DNA of 64,000 bases. It comes from an uncultured Alistipes sp. (GTDB taxonomy: Bacteria > Bacteroidota > Bacteroidia > Bacteroidales > Muribaculaceae). Below are positions 19,923-33,747 of this stretch, in pieces. Numbering within the stretch: the first letter of the stretch is position 1; every line of letters begins with the position of its first letter. A program made the position numbers and the translations under genes. The notes under the pieces were generated by a model that searched no databases, was not told where the DNA came from, and saw only the letters and a list, made by a program, of their open reading frames with translations. Where the stretch lies: the NCBI GenBank assembly GCA_964638475.1, contig CAZXAZ010000001.1, positions 110,640 through 174,639 of the forward strand, written 5' to 3'.

Positions 19923-21962
19923 TTACCAAATAATTACTTGTTCTTCGGGAGCGAGGTAAAGTTTATCACCGGGTTTGATGCCGAAGGCTTTCAAGAAGGG
20001 AGTGATGTTACGGAGGGTAACGTTAACACGGTTTTCTGCCAATGAGTGAACATCGCCGATAGTGAGGTTGCGTTTCTCTGCATCGCGACAGTTTGTTGCC
20101 CAAATGTTTGCATAGTTGAGGTAGAAGACCTGTTCGGGTGTAAATCCGTCGATAAGAGCTTCTTCTGATTCAATATCTACGCCTTTTGCTTTCTGAGAAT
20201 CAAGGAAGGCAGTGTGGCTAACGCGAAGACCTCCTTGGTCACCGATGTTTTCGCCGAGAGTGTAAGAGCCGTTTGCCATAAGGCCGGGGAGAATTTCGAT
20301 TTTGTCGAATTGGTCAGCAAGGCCTTTGGTTAGGGTTTGGAAGGCAGCTGCGTCTTCGGGTGTCCACCAATTGGTCATGTTGCCTTTGGCGTCGAAATTA
20401 CAACCCTGATCATCAAAACCATGGCTCATTTCGTGACCGATAACTACACCGATACCGCCGTAGTTCTCAGCGTCAGAAGCTTCGGGGTTGAAGAAAGGCG
20501 CTTGGAGGATAGCTGCGGGGAATACGATTTCATTAGCCAACGGGTTGTAGTAAGCGTTGACAGTTTGAGGTGTCATGCTCCATTCTGTTTTATCAACAGG
20601 TTTGCCCCATTTTTCATATTCTTTCTTAGCATGCCACATTGATGCGTTGTGGATGTTATGATAGTAAGAAAGGGCAGGGTCGATTTCAAGTTCAGAGTAA
20701 TCTTTCCACTGGTCGGGGTAGCCAATCTTAACAGTGAAGCTCATAAGTTTTTCGATAGCTTTGAGCTTGGTTTGTGAAGTCATCCAAGGGAGTTCGATGA
20801 TGTGCTTACCGAGAGCTTGGCGGAGGTTAGCAACGAGCTCAAGCATCTTTTCTTTCGAGCTTTCAGGGAAGAATTTTTCAACGTAAAGCTGACCGATTGC
20901 TTCACCCATATATCCATCGGCAGTGCCAAGCGCACGTTTCCAGCGGGGACGCATTTGCTTAACGCCACTACGAACTTTGCTGAATTCAAAAGATGTTGCT
21001 GTGAATTTGTCGCTCAAATAGGGAGCTGCTTGGGCAACATATTTCCAGAGGTAGTAGTCTTTCTTCTCGCGGTCTGTCAGAGATGCGATAAGATTGTCGG
21101 CTTGTTTAACAGTGTTGATTTCGGTAACGATTACCTGAGCGGGAGTTTCGATACCCATAGTTTCGATGAAGAAACGATCCCAATTGGTGTGGGGGAACAT
21201 CTCTTTGAGCTGTTCGATGGATCGCGGATTGTACATCGCCGGAATATTGCGGCTTTCTTCACGAGTCCAAGTTGAGTCAGCCAATGCAGTCTCAATCTTG
21301 AGTACATTCTTCATAATGCGAGTTGCCGCTTTCTTTGAGTAGCCGGCGTTGCGCATCTGATTAACGATGAGAGTTTTGTATGCTTCGCGAATTTTTGTAT
21401 TCTCTTTGTCGTTGAGAAGGTAGTAGTCGCGGTCGCCAAGGCCGAGACCTCCGGCAGACACATACATCGCGTAGACATTAGAGTCAGCAAGGTCTTCCAT
21501 CGGGCCTGCTCCGAAGAAGGGTGATGCGAAATTGCCATGCATCCAGAGGAAGAGGTCTTCCATTCCTTCTGAGGGAGTATTTTCGATTTTTTTAAGGTCA
21601 GCGAGAATCGGAGTAGCGCCTTCATTATTGCGGCGAACAGAGTCCATCCCTTGAGAATAGAGAGTCCAAACTTTGAAAGCGTTTGAATTCTTTTCGGGGG
21701 CTGATGCTCCGAGGTTCATGACGATTTCTTTTACGCTTTCCTCTGCTTTGTCGTTGAGCACGTTGAACATGCCGTAGCGGGCATATTCATCTGTGAGCTG
21801 ATGAGCTTTCATCCATCCGTTGTTAACGTAATGGTAGAAATCGTCGCCGGGATTAATAGAAGTGTCGATGAGCGACTTGTCAACGCTACCGAGATGTTCG
21901 GCTCCGGCGGTCACTGTTCCTGCGAGGAATAATGCCGCCAAAGATAGTTTCATTATTTTCAT
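19923..21962 (-). CDS. M13 family metallo-endopeptidase (PepO-like)
   Basis: Signal peptide, DDFYHYVN, VNAYY, GHEMSHGFD (HExxH), GENIGD; start set at MKIMKLS (21962). Confidence 0.95.
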   Translation of the reverse strand: MKIMKLSLAALFLAGTVTAGAEHLGSVDKSLIDTSINPGDDFYHYVNNGWMKAHQLTDEYARYGMFNVLNDKAEESVKEIVMNLGASAPEKNSNAFKVWTLYSQGMDSVRRNNEGATPILADLKKIENTPSEGMEDLFLWMHGNFASPFFGAGPMEDLADSNVYAMYVSAGGLGLGDRDYYLLNDKENTKIREAYKTLIVNQMRNAGYSKKAATRIMKNVLKIETALADSTWTREESRNIPAMYNPRSIEQLKEMFPHTNWDRFFIETMGIETPAQVIVTEINTVKQADNLIASLTDREKKDYYLWKYVAQAAPYLSDKFTATSFEFSKVRSGVKQMRPRWKRALGTADGYMGEAIGQLYVEKFFPESSKEKMLELVANLRQALGKHIIELPWMTSQTKLKAIEKLMSFTVKIGYPDQWKDYSELEIDPALSYYHNIHNASMWHAKKEYEKWGKPVDKTEWSMTPQTVNAYYNPLANEIVFPAAILQAPFFNPEASDAENYGGIGVVIGHEMSHGFDDQGCNFDAKGNMTNWWTPEDAAAFQTLTKGLADQFDKIEILPGLMANGSYTLGENIGDQGGLRVSHTAFLDSQKAKGVDIESEEALIDGFTPEQVFYLNYANIWATNCRDAEKRNLTIGDVHSLAENRVNVTLRNITPFLKAFGIKPGDKLYLAPEEQVIIW

Positions 21963-21987
21963 AATACTATTATTGTTGTTTGATTTG

Positions 21988-23091
21988 TCAATTGTTGAAG
22001 AGGAAGTGCATAATGTCGCCATCTTGCACAAGATATTCCTTACCCTCAACACCCATTTTTCCTGCGTCGCGAACAGCGGTTTCGCCTCCGAGGGTTACGA
22101 AATCTTCATATTTGATAACTTGTGCGCGGATGAAGCCTTTCTCGAAATCGGTGTGGATAACTCCGGCGCAACGGGGCGCTTTCCATCCATCAACGAATGT
22201 CCATGCACGCACTTCGTCTGACCCGGCGGTGAAGAAAGTCTTGAGATTGAGTAATGAGTATGCCGCACGAATTAAGCGAGATACGCCAGATTCCTCAAGG
22301 CCGATTTCTTTCAAAAATTCTTGACGTTCTTCGAAAGTGTCGAGTTCGGCAATTTCACTTTCGGTTTGAGCTGCGACAATCATCAAGCCGGCGCCTTCTT
22401 CTTTGATAGCTTCTCTAACCGCTTCTACGTATTTATTACCGTTAACAGCGGATGCATCGTCCACATTGCATACATAGAGAACGGGTTTGTCGGTGAGCAA
22501 GAATAATTCGCGGGCGAATTTCTTTTCGTCGGGTGTTTCAAGAACGACGCTGCGAGCCGGTTTGCCTTGATCGAGAGCTTCTTTAAATTTGCAAAGCACT
22601 TCGTATTGGAATTTAGCTGTTTTGTCGCCGCCTGTTTGGGCTTGTTTTTGAGTTTTGGCGATGCGACTATCTACGGTCTCAAGGTCTTTAAGCTGCAACT
22701 CGTAGTCGATAATTTCTTTATCACGGACGGGGTCAACTGTGCCGTCAACGTGGGTGATATTGTCGTCGTCGAAGCAGCGCAATACGTGGAGGATTGCGTC
22801 TGTTTCGCGAATATTAGCTAAGAATTTGTTGCCCAAGCCTTCGCCACGGCTTGCGCCTTTTACCAAACCTGCGATATCTACGATTTCAACAGTTGCGGGA
22901 ACGATGCTTCGTGGATTACACATCTCAACGAGCTTGTTAAGTCGTTCATCGGGAACGGTTATAACACCGACATTCGGCTCGATTGTGCAGAAAGGGAAGT
23001 TGGCCGATTGGGCCTTTGCATTGGAGAGGCAATTGAACAAGGTTGACTTGCCTACGTTGGGCAGGCCAACGATTCCACATTGTAGTGCCAT
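21988..23091 (-). CDS. ychF: Ribosome-binding ATPase YchF
   Basis: GIVGLPNVGKST, ANFPFCTIEPN, DIAGLV, IHTDFEKGFI. Confidence 0.98.
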   Translation of the reverse strand: MALQCGIVGLPNVGKSTLFNCLSNAKAQSANFPFCTIEPNVGVITVPDERLNKLVEMCNPRSIVPATVEIVDIAGLVKGASRGEGLGNKFLANIRETDAILHVLRCFDDDNITHVDGTVDPVRDKEIIDYELQLKDLETVDSRIAKTQKQAQTGGDKTAKFQYEVLCKFKEALDQGKPARSVVLETPDEKKFARELFLLTDKPVLYVCNVDDASAVNGNKYVEAVREAIKEEGAGLMIVAAQTESEIAELDTFEERQEFLKEIGLEESGVSRLIRAAYSLLNLKTFFTAGSDEVRAWTFVDGWKAPRCAGVIHTDFEKGFIRAQVIKYEDFVTLGGETAVRDAGKMGVEGKEYLVQDGDIMHFLFNN

Positions 23092-23256
23092 GTATGAAGT
23101 TTTTTGTTCATTCTGGCTGTCTGATAGGGGGGCAGACGGCCGTAGTTTTCAATTCGGAAATTACTGATTCTTTAAATTGCAAAGTTACGAAAAATTTTTA
23201 ATATATGTGTAGAAACAAATAGAGCATCGACAGATATAACGTTTTTAGCTCCTACA

Positions 23257-23274
23257 ATACCCAAAAATAGGTGT
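23257..23274. promoter_or_regulatory. Degenerate copy of palindromic operator ATACCTA-N4-TAGGTAT
   Basis: ATACCCAAAAATAGGTGT, 16/18 identical to 47592-47609; between divergent ychF (-7 at 23180-23187) and fumarase (-7 at 23307-23314) promoters. Confidence 0.5.
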
Positions 23275-23363
23275 GTCTTGTTTGGGCTAATTTGGCGGAA
23301 ATTTTGTAACTTTGCGGTATTGATTTAACCTAAAGCATATCAACCTAAAACCATATCTACCCT

Positions 23364-25013
23364 ATGGCAACTAAACCGTTCCATTATCAGGAGATGTTCC
23401 CCCTCGGACCCGATACTACCGAGTATTATCATCTCACCTCCGATTATGTAAAAGTTGAGAATTGGGGAGGCCACGAATTCCTCGTGGTTGATCCTGAGGC
23501 TTTGACCGTTCTTGCTCGTCAGGCGACTCACGATAATGCCTTTATGCTACGTCGCGAGCATAATGAGATGGTGGCTAAGATTCTGCACGATCCTGAAGCT
23601 TCCGACAATGATAAGTTCGTTGCCTTGACAATGCTGCGCAACGCTGAAATCGCAGCAAAAGGTGAGCTGCCGTTCTGCCAAGATACCGGTACGGCTATTT
23701 GCCATGGCGAAAAGGGACAGCGTGTCTTCACCGGTTGTGACGATGAAGAGAAGATTTCTCGCGGTGTTTACGATACTTATACTCAGTGTAACCTCCGCTA
23801 TTCTCAGAACGCGCCTCTCACAATGTATGACGAGGTGAATACCGGATGTAATCTCCCTGCCCAGATTGATATCCACGCTTCAGAAGGCGACGAATATAAG
23901 TTTGTATTCGTTGCAAAAGGTGGCGGTTCGGCCAACAAAACTTACCTTTATCAAGAAACAAAAGCGATCATCAATCCCAAGACTCTCGTTCCATTCTTGG
24001 TTGAAAAGATGAAAACTCTCGGCACTGCTGCTTGTCCGCCTTATCATATTGCGTTTGTAATTGGTGGTACTTCTGCAGAAAAGAATCTCGAAACTGTAAA
24101 GAAGGCGTCAATTAAATATTACGACAACCTTCCGACAACCGGTAATGAATATGGTCGTGCGTTCCGCGATGTAGAGCTCGAAAAAGAACTTCTCGAAGCT
24201 TCTCGCAACATCGGTCTTGGCGCTCAATTTGGTGGCAAATATTTTGCTCATGATATTCGCGTTATCCGCTTGCCTCGCCACGGCGCATCTTGCCCCATTG
24301 GTATGGGCGTAAGTTGTTCGGCTGACCGCAATGTTAAGGCAAAAATCAACAGAGAAGGTCTTTGGATTGAGAAACTCGATACCAACCCCGGTGAACTTAT
24401 CCCCGACGAATTGCGTAACCCCGCTGAAAGCAATGCAGTCAATATCGACCTCAATCGTCCAATGAATGAAGTGTTGGCTGAGCTTGACAAATATCCCGTT
24501 GCTACTCGCCTCAACCTTTCTGGAACTATTATCGTAGGTCGAGACATCGCTCACGCTAAGATTAAAGAACGTCTCGATAATGGTGAACCTATGCCTCAAT
24601 ATCTTAAGGATCACCCGATCTATTATGCCGGTCCTGCAAAAACACCTAAGGGAATGGCTTCAGGTTCATTCGGCCCGACAACAGCCGGACGTATGGACCC
24701 CTATGTAGACCAATTCCAAAAAGCCGGAGGCTCTATGATTATGATTGCTAAGGGTAACCGTTCACAGCAGGTGACCGATGCTTGCCACGCTAATGGCGGT
24801 TTTTATCTTGGCTCGATCGGAGGTCCTGCGGCGATCCTTGCCAATGACTCGATAAAGAAGGTTGAACTCCTTGAATATCCCGAGCTTGGTATGGAGGCAA
24901 TCTGGAAAATCGAAGTAGAAAACTTCCCCGCGTTTATCCTTGTTGATAATAAGGGTAACGACTTCTTCAAGAAAATTCAGGAGAAGTGCACCGGATGTCC
25001 GCTCTCAAAATAA
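23364..25013 (+). CDS. Class I ([4Fe-4S]) fumarate hydratase
   Basis: [34 protein letters not shown]; fused alpha/beta form (fumA/fumB family). Confidence 0.96.
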   Translation: MATKPFHYQEMFPLGPDTTEYYHLTSDYVKVENWGGHEFLVVDPEALTVLARQATHDNAFMLRREHNEMVAKILHDPEASDNDKFVALTMLRNAEIAAKGELPFCQDTGTAICHGEKGQRVFTGCDDEEKISRGVYDTYTQCNLRYSQNAPLTMYDEVNTGCNLPAQIDIHASEGDEYKFVFVAKGGGSANKTYLYQETKAIINPKTLVPFLVEKMKTLGTAACPPYHIAFVIGGTSAEKNLETVKKASIKYYDNLPTTGNEYGRAFRDVELEKELLEASRNIGLGAQFGGKYFAHDIRVIRLPRHGASCPIGMGVSCSADRNVKAKINREGLWIEKLDTNPGELIPDELRNPAESNAVNIDLNRPMNEVLAELDKYPVATRLNLSGTIIVGRDIAHAKIKERLDNGEPMPQYLKDHPIYYAGPAKTPKGMASGSFGPTTAGRMDPYVDQFQKAGGSMIMIAKGNRSQQVTDACHANGGFYLGSIGGPAAILANDSIKKVELLEYPELGMEAIWKIEVENFPAFILVDNKGNDFFKKIQEKCTGCPLSK

Positions 25014-25036
25014 CAATATTTTGAAAATTACAATTT

Positions 25037-25075
25037 AAACTCGCGCCGGATATGAAATTCATTCGGCGCGAGTTT
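25037..25075 (+). terminator. Terminator after fumarase
   Basis: Stem AAACTCGCGCCG/CGGCGCGAGTTT. Confidence 0.75.
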
Positions 25076-25104
25076 CCCACAAGAAACGATTAACATTTAA
25101 ATAA

Positions 25105-26622
25105 ATGGCACATAAAGCTCTTCTCATGATCCTCGATGGATGGGGTATCGGAAACCACACCCATAGCGATGCGATCTTCTCTACTCCGACTCCCTATTGG
25201 GACTCACTTGTTAAAACATATCCTCACTCAGAACTACAGGCTTCAGGCGAAAATGTTGGTTTGCCCGATGGTCAGATGGGTAACTCTGAAGTAGGACACT
25301 TGAATATCGGTGCCGGTCGTGTACTCTATCAAGACCTCGTTAAAATCAATAAGGCAATTGAGTCTGGCTCTATCCTCGATAACCCCGAAATCAAGAACGC
25401 ATTCTCTTACGCTAAAGAGTCAGGCAAGGCTATGCACTTCATGGGCTTGACCTCGACTGGCGGTGTTCACTCTTCATTTGAGCATATCTTCGCTCTTTGC
25501 AATATCGCAAAAGAGTATGGTCTTGAAAAAGTTTATCTCCACTGTTTCATGGATGGCCGTGATACAGATCCCCGTTCAGGTAAGGGCTTCATCGAACAAC
25601 TTACAGAGCATTGCGGTAAGACCGGAGCAGTTATTGCATCTGTAATCGGTCGTTATTATGCAATGGACCGAGACAAGCGTTGGGACCGCGTTAAGGTTGC
25701 TTATGATTTGCTCGTAAACGGCGAGGGTAAGCAGGCTACCGATATGGTTCAGGCTATGCAGGAAAGCTATGATGAAGGAGTTACCGACGAATTTGTTAAG
25801 CCTATCAACAACTCTACGGTTGACGGAACAATCAAAGAGGGTGATGCAGTTATCTTCTTCAACTATCGCAATGACCGCGCAAAGGAAATTACCGTAGCGT
25901 TGACACAAGAAGATATGCCCGAACATGGAATGAAGACAATCCCCGGGTTGCAGTATTATTGCATGACTCCCTATGATGCGTCATTCACCGGTGTTCATAT
26001 CCTCTTCCCGAAGGAAAATGTCGACAATACTATTGGTGAGTATCTTTCTTCTCTTGGAAAGACACAGCTCCATATTGCTGAGACTGAAAAGTATGCTCAT
26101 GTCACATTCTTCTTCAATGGTGGTCGCGAAACACCCTACGAAGGCGAAGATCGTATCCTCGTTCCTTCTCCGAAGGTTGCTACATATGACCTCAAGCCAG
26201 AAATGTCAGCTCCTGAGGTAGCCGATAAATTGACCGATGCAATTAATACATCGAAGTATGACTTTATCGTTGTAAACTTCGCAAACGGAGATATGGTTGG
26301 TCATACCGGCGTTTACTCAGCAATTCAACACGCTGTTGAGGCTGTTGACAAGGCTGTTGAACAAGTTGTTGAAGCGGCGAAGAAAAACGACTACGAGGTT
26401 ATCATTATCGCAGACCATGGAAATGCCGACAACGCAGTTAATGCCGACGGTACACCCAATACGGCTCACTCTTTGAACCCTGTTCCTTGTGTATATGTGA
26501 CAGCTGACGCAAATGCAAAGGTTGGAAATGGTATTCTTGCCGATGTTGCTCCGACATTGCTTCACATCCTCGGACTTCCCCAGCCTAAAGAGATGACCGG
26601 TCATAACCTTATTGAAGGTTAA
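25105..26622 (+). CDS. gpmI: 2,3-bisphosphoglycerate-independent phosphoglycerate mutase
   Basis: [42 protein letters not shown]. Confidence 0.98.
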   Translation: MAHKALLMILDGWGIGNHTHSDAIFSTPTPYWDSLVKTYPHSELQASGENVGLPDGQMGNSEVGHLNIGAGRVLYQDLVKINKAIESGSILDNPEIKNAFSYAKESGKAMHFMGLTSTGGVHSSFEHIFALCNIAKEYGLEKVYLHCFMDGRDTDPRSGKGFIEQLTEHCGKTGAVIASVIGRYYAMDRDKRWDRVKVAYDLLVNGEGKQATDMVQAMQESYDEGVTDEFVKPINNSTVDGTIKEGDAVIFFNYRNDRAKEITVALTQEDMPEHGMKTIPGLQYYCMTPYDASFTGVHILFPKENVDNTIGEYLSSLGKTQLHIAETEKYAHVTFFFNGGRETPYEGEDRILVPSPKVATYDLKPEMSAPEVADKLTDAINTSKYDFIVVNFANGDMVGHTGVYSAIQHAVEAVDKAVEQVVEAAKKNDYEVIIIADHGNADNAVNADGTPNTAHSLNPVPCVYVTADANAKVGNGILADVAPTLLHILGLPQPKEMTGHNLIEG

Positions 26623-26743
26623 AGGTCGCTATCGCTTAGGAGATTGAAACAAAGAGCAACAGCTCGAAAAATTTTAGATTATTTACTCGGGGAAATTCAA
26701 TAAGGATTTCCCCGGGTTGTTTTTAGAATAAACTCAAGTCATC

Positions 26744-27301
26744 ATGTCAAAATCAAAAGAAGCAGGTCGCATTGATTTGCGGACCGATATTGAACATGCT
26801 AATGAGACGCTTCGTAATCGTCAACTCTGTTTCAGATTGAAACAAACGATGCCGCTAGGAGATGAGTATAACGGTCTTGTCAATGAACTATTCTATGGTA
26901 AGATTGGTAAAGATAGTTATATGATGCCGCCTCTGACGGTTGTTGGTGCTAGTAAGATATCGATTGGCAACAATGTCTTCATCATGGATGGCATTTTGCT
27001 AATGGGGTCCGGAGGCATTACTATAGAAGATAACGCTCAGATTGCCGCCAATGTACAGATTTTGTCGAACAATCATGATTTGCGTGATCGTGAGGTAATA
27101 ACCCTTGCTCCGGTGCGTATTTGTCGAGGAGCGTGGATCGGAGCTGGTGCGACAATTCTCCCGGGAGTCACTATCGGAGAGAATGCCGTAGTTGGAGCCG
27201 CGTCTGTCGTAACACGAGATGTCGCGCCAAACACTATTGTGGCAGGTAATCCTGCAAAAGTATTGCGCACTTTTGATCCCGCTACAGATAACTATTTTTG
27301 A
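26744..27301 (+). CDS. Hexapeptide-repeat sugar O-acetyltransferase (Maa/LacA-like)
   Basis: LbH repeats, NNHD, WIGAGATILPGVTIG, VAGNPAK. Confidence 0.88.
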   Translation: MSKSKEAGRIDLRTDIEHANETLRNRQLCFRLKQTMPLGDEYNGLVNELFYGKIGKDSYMMPPLTVVGASKISIGNNVFIMDGILLMGSGGITIEDNAQIAANVQILSNNHDLRDREVITLAPVRICRGAWIGAGATILPGVTIGENAVVGAASVVTRDVAPNTIVAGNPAKVLRTFDPATDNYF

Positions 27302-27339
27302 TTCTATTCCGTGACTCAAACGAAGTTTGAGAGATACGA

Positions 27340-27387
27340 CAGCCCCCTTCAAAATTTGCTTTCGAGGCAAATAAATGAAGGGGGCTG
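27340..27387. terminator. Hairpin between convergent acetyltransferase and ribBA
   Basis: CAGCCCCCTTC/GAAGGGGGCTG stem. Confidence 0.7.
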
Positions 27388-27405
27388 ACGTATGAATATT
27401 GACTA

Positions 27406-28626
27406 TTAGTCTACGTTGTGAAGATTGTGGTCCATACGATGTTTCTTTGTAGAAAGGTAGAAACGATCGTATTCGTTCGGTGCAATTTCGATAGGCACGT
27501 TTTCAATAACTTCCAACCCGTAACCTTCAAGTCCGATACGTTTTACGGGATTGTTTGAAATCAAGCGCATCTTCTTGATGCCAAGTTCGTGGAGAATTTG
27601 TGCCCCAACTCCGTAATCACGTTCATCGGCTTTATGACCAAGATGTAGGTTTGCGTCAACGGTGTCCATGCCTTCTTCTTGTAGCTTATAAGCTCTGATT
27701 TTATCCATTAAGCCGATGCCGCGCCCCTCTTGCAAGAGGTATATAACCGCGCCACGCTGCTCTTTGTCAATCATTCTGAGAGCTTGGTGGAGTTGTTCAC
27801 CGCAGTCGCATCTTAGTGAACCGAATATATCGCCGGTTGCGCATGATGAATGAACGCGCACCAATACCGGTTCATCAGTGTTTACATCGCCTTTGATGAT
27901 AGCGATATGTTCGAGGCCATTACTTTTTTGTCTGAAAGGAATCAGACGAAAATTACCGTATGCGGTTGGCAAGTTTACTTCTTCGCCCTTTTCAACTAAT
28001 GACTCTTTGCGGAGTCTGTAAGCGATAAGGTCACGAATAGAAATCAATTTCATATTCCATTCGGCAGCGCGTTGGCGTAATTCAGGCAGACGTGCCATAG
28101 AGCCGTCATCGCTCATAATTTCCATAAGGGCGGCTGCCGGCTGAAGACCGGCCAATCGAGCGAGGTCAACCGCAGCTTCTGTGTGACCGCTGCGACGTAA
28201 TACGCCGGCATCTTGTGCGTAAAGAGGGTTAATGTGGCCGGGGCGTCCGAAAGTGGCAGGTGTAGAAGTCGGGTCTGCCAAAGCACGGATAGTTGCGCAA
28301 CGATCTTGAATAGATACGCCTGTAGAACAGCCTTCAAGTTTGTCAACTGTGATGGTGAACGGAGTGCCAAGAACAGAAGTGTTGTCGGTTGTTTGAGGTT
28401 CGAGCCCGAGTTCTTTGCAACGAGAAATCGTTAGAGGTGTGCAAAGCACTCCGCGGGCATTCTTTAGCATAAAGTTAACTTGCTCGGGAGTGATTTTCTC
28501 GGCAGCGACAATTATGTCGCCTTCGTTTTCGCGGTCTTCGTCATCGACCACTATTATCATTTTTCCTTGGCGGAAATCATTGATAGCATCTTCGATTGAG
28601 TCGAGTTTGATTGTTTCAGCATTCAT
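27406..28626 (-). CDS. ribBA: Bifunctional DHBP synthase / GTP cyclohydrolase II
   Basis: [42 protein letters not shown]. Confidence 0.97.
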   Translation of the reverse strand: MNAETIKLDSIEDAINDFRQGKMIIVVDDEDRENEGDIIVAAEKITPEQVNFMLKNARGVLCTPLTISRCKELGLEPQTTDNTSVLGTPFTITVDKLEGCSTGVSIQDRCATIRALADPTSTPATFGRPGHINPLYAQDAGVLRRSGHTEAAVDLARLAGLQPAAALMEIMSDDGSMARLPELRQRAAEWNMKLISIRDLIAYRLRKESLVEKGEEVNLPTAYGNFRLIPFRQKSNGLEHIAIIKGDVNTDEPVLVRVHSSCATGDIFGSLRCDCGEQLHQALRMIDKEQRGAVIYLLQEGRGIGLMDKIRAYKLQEEGMDTVDANLHLGHKADERDYGVGAQILHELGIKKMRLISNNPVKRIGLEGYGLEVIENVPIEIAPNEYDRFYLSTKKHRMDHNLHNVD

Positions 28627-28631
28627 CGCGG

Positions 28632-30458
28632 TCAGTCGATTGTTGTTTGAGAATTCATTATTCCTATAAACAGCTCAATCAATGAGGCTGTAGTTTGTGT
28701 AACTGTCGGTAGCTCGATCGGACTGATTTTATAGGGATAACAATTAAGAAGTTGTATTGCTTTTGGATTTTTAGAGTTTGAAATGAATTCGATTGTTTCA
28801 TTCATGCGATTTTGAAGTTGATCGAATCCTTTATGTCGCAAAATAGTTCGGTAGCCCATACGTTTCCATAAGGGGAGGGTCGCCCATTGTTGCGTGATAT
28901 TTTGACACTCTGTATGCAAAGGCTCAAGACGAAAAAGAGCAGCTTCGGCAGTCACCTCTTCCATCGCATATTCTTTGACCTCGAGTTCGCGTTTTTGTAG
29001 ACGACGTAATCGACGAATAAAGTTTTTATATGCATCGATGTTTAATACGGCTGAGTCTCTCATAGCCTTGTAGGTTAAAAAGACACCCAAGGGAAGGAGT
29101 ACGAACGAGCTAAGCCAAATGCCTTCCCATACGAGTAAACCGCCATCGCGAGCGAGTTTGTAGCCTGTGTTGTCGATAATGTAATAGAATATGAAGAGGA
29201 ATACTGAGATTACCAAAGGTGTGCCGATACCGCCTTTGCGGATGATGGCTCCGAGAGGGGCGCCGATAAAGAAGAAGACCAGACAGGCAAAAGAGAGCGT
29301 AAACTTTTTGTGCATCTCAATGCCGTGACGTCTGATTGTCATACGGTCTTCATCCATTACAAAGCTCTTGAACTCATATTCTTGTCTCACTGAGTTGGCA
29401 CGATTTGAGGCCATTGTTAGATAAGAGCGAGTTTTTGAACTATTCGCTTTATAGAATAAAGAGTCGATATCAAACGGCTTATCCATGGCAACAGCTGGGC
29501 GTTTGACGGTTATAACGCTATCGCCTTGGCGCTCGTTTTTGTATTCAGATATCCTCACATACGTCGAATGGCTTATATCATGAGCATAAATCGCGCCGAT
29601 AGAGTCGACACGATGGCCGACTGAATCGATAGTTGCCATAAGTTCGCTCATATTCTTGCCGACATATTGGTTTCGCATGCCAGACTCATCCATACGGTTG
29701 AAGTTGGCATCGAACGCGAGTAAAATTTCTTTGCGCTGAAATTGCTCGCGACGGTATGGTTGATTTTCTTGTTTGTAGTTGCCTGAGTTTTCGCGTAGAT
29801 TCTCGAATTGTTCGCCGTTATGGAGTTGTAGGAAGAGGTGGATTTTGTCGTCGGCAGACTTTAAATGTCCGGAGTCGGCAAGAATCACACGAGCGTTGTC
29901 GAACCCGCGAGAAACGTCGTAGATCATCATGTCGTAGAGCGATCCGGTTTCTCGGTCTTTTTCAGCTACAAAAAAGTTATAACCGGGAATCTGTGTGTAG
30001 AATACACCTTCCGGAATTTCCAACTCCGGAGATTTCTGACGCATCGAATATAGAAGCGTCCACATCTTGGTTTGCGCAATCGGCAATACGTTATTCTGGA
30101 AAAAGAACGCACCGACTGCGATGAAAGAGATAAGCACAATCAATGGGCTCATCACTTTTAGCAATGAGATGCCTGAAGCTTTCATCGCTGTTAGCTCGAA
30201 TTTTTCACCGAGGTTGCCGAAAATCATCAGCGAAGCCAACAATATCGCCAATGGTAAAGCCATCGGCACCATTGTCAAAGCTGCGTAAAAAAATAGTTCT
30301 CCAATGACATCCATCGTAAGCCCCTTTCCAACAAGGTCGTCAATATAACGCCAAAGGAATTGCATCAAGACGATGAACAGACAAATGAAAAACGTCATCA
30401 ACAGCAGAGGCACATAGCTCTGCAGCATATATCGATATAGACGCTTTATCTTAAACAT
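28632..30458 (-). CDS. LptF/LptG family LPS export permease
   Basis: 3 TM + periplasmic domain + 3 TM; [27 protein letters not shown]. Confidence 0.9.
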   Translation of the reverse strand: MFKIKRLYRYMLQSYVPLLLMTFFICLFIVLMQFLWRYIDDLVGKGLTMDVIGELFFYAALTMVPMALPLAILLASLMIFGNLGEKFELTAMKASGISLLKVMSPLIVLISFIAVGAFFFQNNVLPIAQTKMWTLLYSMRQKSPELEIPEGVFYTQIPGYNFFVAEKDRETGSLYDMMIYDVSRGFDNARVILADSGHLKSADDKIHLFLQLHNGEQFENLRENSGNYKQENQPYRREQFQRKEILLAFDANFNRMDESGMRNQYVGKNMSELMATIDSVGHRVDSIGAIYAHDISHSTYVRISEYKNERQGDSVITVKRPAVAMDKPFDIDSLFYKANSSKTRSYLTMASNRANSVRQEYEFKSFVMDEDRMTIRRHGIEMHKKFTLSFACLVFFFIGAPLGAIIRKGGIGTPLVISVFLFIFYYIIDNTGYKLARDGGLLVWEGIWLSSFVLLPLGVFLTYKAMRDSAVLNIDAYKNFIRRLRRLQKRELEVKEYAMEEVTAEAALFRLEPLHTECQNITQQWATLPLWKRMGYRTILRHKGFDQLQNRMNETIEFISNSKNPKAIQLLNCYPYKISPIELPTVTQTTASLIELFIGIMNSQTTID

Positions 30459-30666
30459 GCTACAAAGTTACTAAATCTCGGCGGGAACTGAAACAGTTTT
30501 CCCCAATCAACTCTAATTGCGAACCAAAAAATAATTTGACCAATGAAATTTTTTTGAGAAAATTTGAGGTTTCTGTTGTCGGAACGCTCAATTTTCCGGA
30601 AAAATCATTACCTTTGCAGGCAATATAAAACGAACGGAAACTTATTTCTTCACCAAGAGGTTTTAA

Positions 30667-32151
<1,485 letters not shown>

Positions 32152-32271
32152 TGAAATTTAGCCCGACAAAACTATTCTGTCGGTAAATATATTATAAAAG
32201 ATGAAGGACTTGTTAGTCTCGATTACGAGACCGCAAATTCTTCATCTTTTTCTTTTTTTAAAGATTGAGTT

Positions 32272-33612
32272 ATGAAAGAAGATAATCGCCCGAAATTTTC
32301 AACAAAGTTTGGTGTTATAGCCGCAACCGTAGGTTCTGCTGTCGGACTGGGCAATATTTGGCGTTTCCCTTATGAAGCCGGTGAGCATGGAGGCGGAGCA
32401 TTTATGCTTATCTATCTGCTTTGTGTGTTATTAATCGGTATCCCCGTAGTTTGTGCGGAGTTCTTAATGGGTCGTTCGTCTCGTCGCAATATATTTGGAG
32501 CAATGTTTTCGCTGGCTCCACGAGGAGGCCGTTGGTGGCAATGGGCAGGAATTATTGGTGTTATTAGTGGCACATTGATTCTTTCGTTTTACGCCGTTGT
32601 TGCCGGATGGACATTAGAATATCTATTTCAATCCGTTACCGGATATTTGACGGCAGACGGGGTCAGAGATAGCCATGTTGAGTTTAACAACTTTACCTCA
32701 GGTTGGCGTTGCGTCTTCTGGACAGTTGTGTTGTTAGGGCTTAATGCCCTAATCGTTATGCGCGGAGTTCAGAAGGGCATTGAAAAGGCGTCTAATTGGA
32801 TGATGCCCATGTTATTCGTGTTGTTAATTCTAATGGCTGTCAACTCGTTGCTTTTGCCTGGAGCGGAAGCCGGTCTATCATTTCTTTTTTCTCCGGATTT
32901 GCGTCATGTAGATTCTTCTACTTTGCTGTCAGCACTTGGTCAAGCCTTCTTCTCTCTCTCAATTGGCTTGGGAACGTTAACTATCTACGGAAGCTATTTC
33001 CCGGCAGATACACGCATAGTGAAGAGTGCATCTACGATGGCAATTCTAGACACGTTGGTTGCTGTTATTGCCGGAATCATTATCTTCCCGGCAGTCTTTT
33101 CATTCGGGATGGAGCCCACAGCCGGCCCGCAATTAGTTTTTGAGGTGTTACCTGATATATTTCGTCAGATGACCGGAGGTGTAATATGGGCAACTCTTTT
33201 CTTCGTGTTACTCTCACTTGCGGCTATAACCTCTACCATATCAATGACAGAAGTAGGTGTAGCGTTTTGTGTCGAGCAATGGCATATTAGTCGCAACAAA
33301 GCGTTAGCGTTGACCATGAGCGTAGTTACATTTTTCGGCGTATTTAGTGCATTATCATTCGGTCCGATGTCATCTGTAGCTATTTTTGGAATGACTATTT
33401 TCGACTTGTTTGATTTCATTACAAGTAACATCTTCCTCCCTGTCGGCGGAATGTTTATTTCTATCTTTGTCGGTTGGATAATAGATCGTAAAACCGTGGA
33501 CCTAGAATTGCGACCTTCGTCGCATATTCTACGACGTATAATCGTTTTTCTCCTCCGCTATATTTGTCCCCTTGCAATTCTCGCAGTATTCGTCAACAAT
33601 CTCTTTTTCTAA
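32272..33612 (+). CDS. Sodium-dependent transporter (NSS/SNF family)
   Basis: GSAVGLGNIWRFP, GQAFFSLS, about 11-12 TM. Confidence 0.93.
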   Translation: MKEDNRPKFSTKFGVIAATVGSAVGLGNIWRFPYEAGEHGGGAFMLIYLLCVLLIGIPVVCAEFLMGRSSRRNIFGAMFSLAPRGGRWWQWAGIIGVISGTLILSFYAVVAGWTLEYLFQSVTGYLTADGVRDSHVEFNNFTSGWRCVFWTVVLLGLNALIVMRGVQKGIEKASNWMMPMLFVLLILMAVNSLLLPGAEAGLSFLFSPDLRHVDSSTLLSALGQAFFSLSIGLGTLTIYGSYFPADTRIVKSASTMAILDTLVAVIAGIIIFPAVFSFGMEPTAGPQLVFEVLPDIFRQMTGGVIWATLFFVLLSLAAITSTISMTEVGVAFCVEQWHISRNKALALTMSVVTFFGVFSALSFGPMSSVAIFGMTIFDLFDFITSNIFLPVGGMFISIFVGWIIDRKTVDLELRPSSHILRRIIVFLLRYICPLAILAVFVNNLFF

Positions 33613-33644
33613 TTTAAGAAGCAAAAGACTTACTTATTTAAAAT

Positions 33645-33708
33645 AAATCGAGCTGACCTCATTAGGCAATTATTATAGCCAAAGCAATGAGAGTTAGCTC
33701 GATTTGTT
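33645..33708. terminator. Long hairpin between convergent transporter and GH2
   Basis: AAATCGAGCTGAC..CATT / AATG..GTTAGCTCGATTT. Confidence 0.65.
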
Positions 33709-33747
33709 TAGAATAAAAGATGAGCTATTAAGCTATCAGTTAGATTG

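Noticed and set aside
21963-22052. Apparent overlap of the M13 peptidase ORF with ychF
   Set aside because: The signal-peptide start MKIMKLS at 21962 removes the overlap; the extension is an ORF-caller artefact
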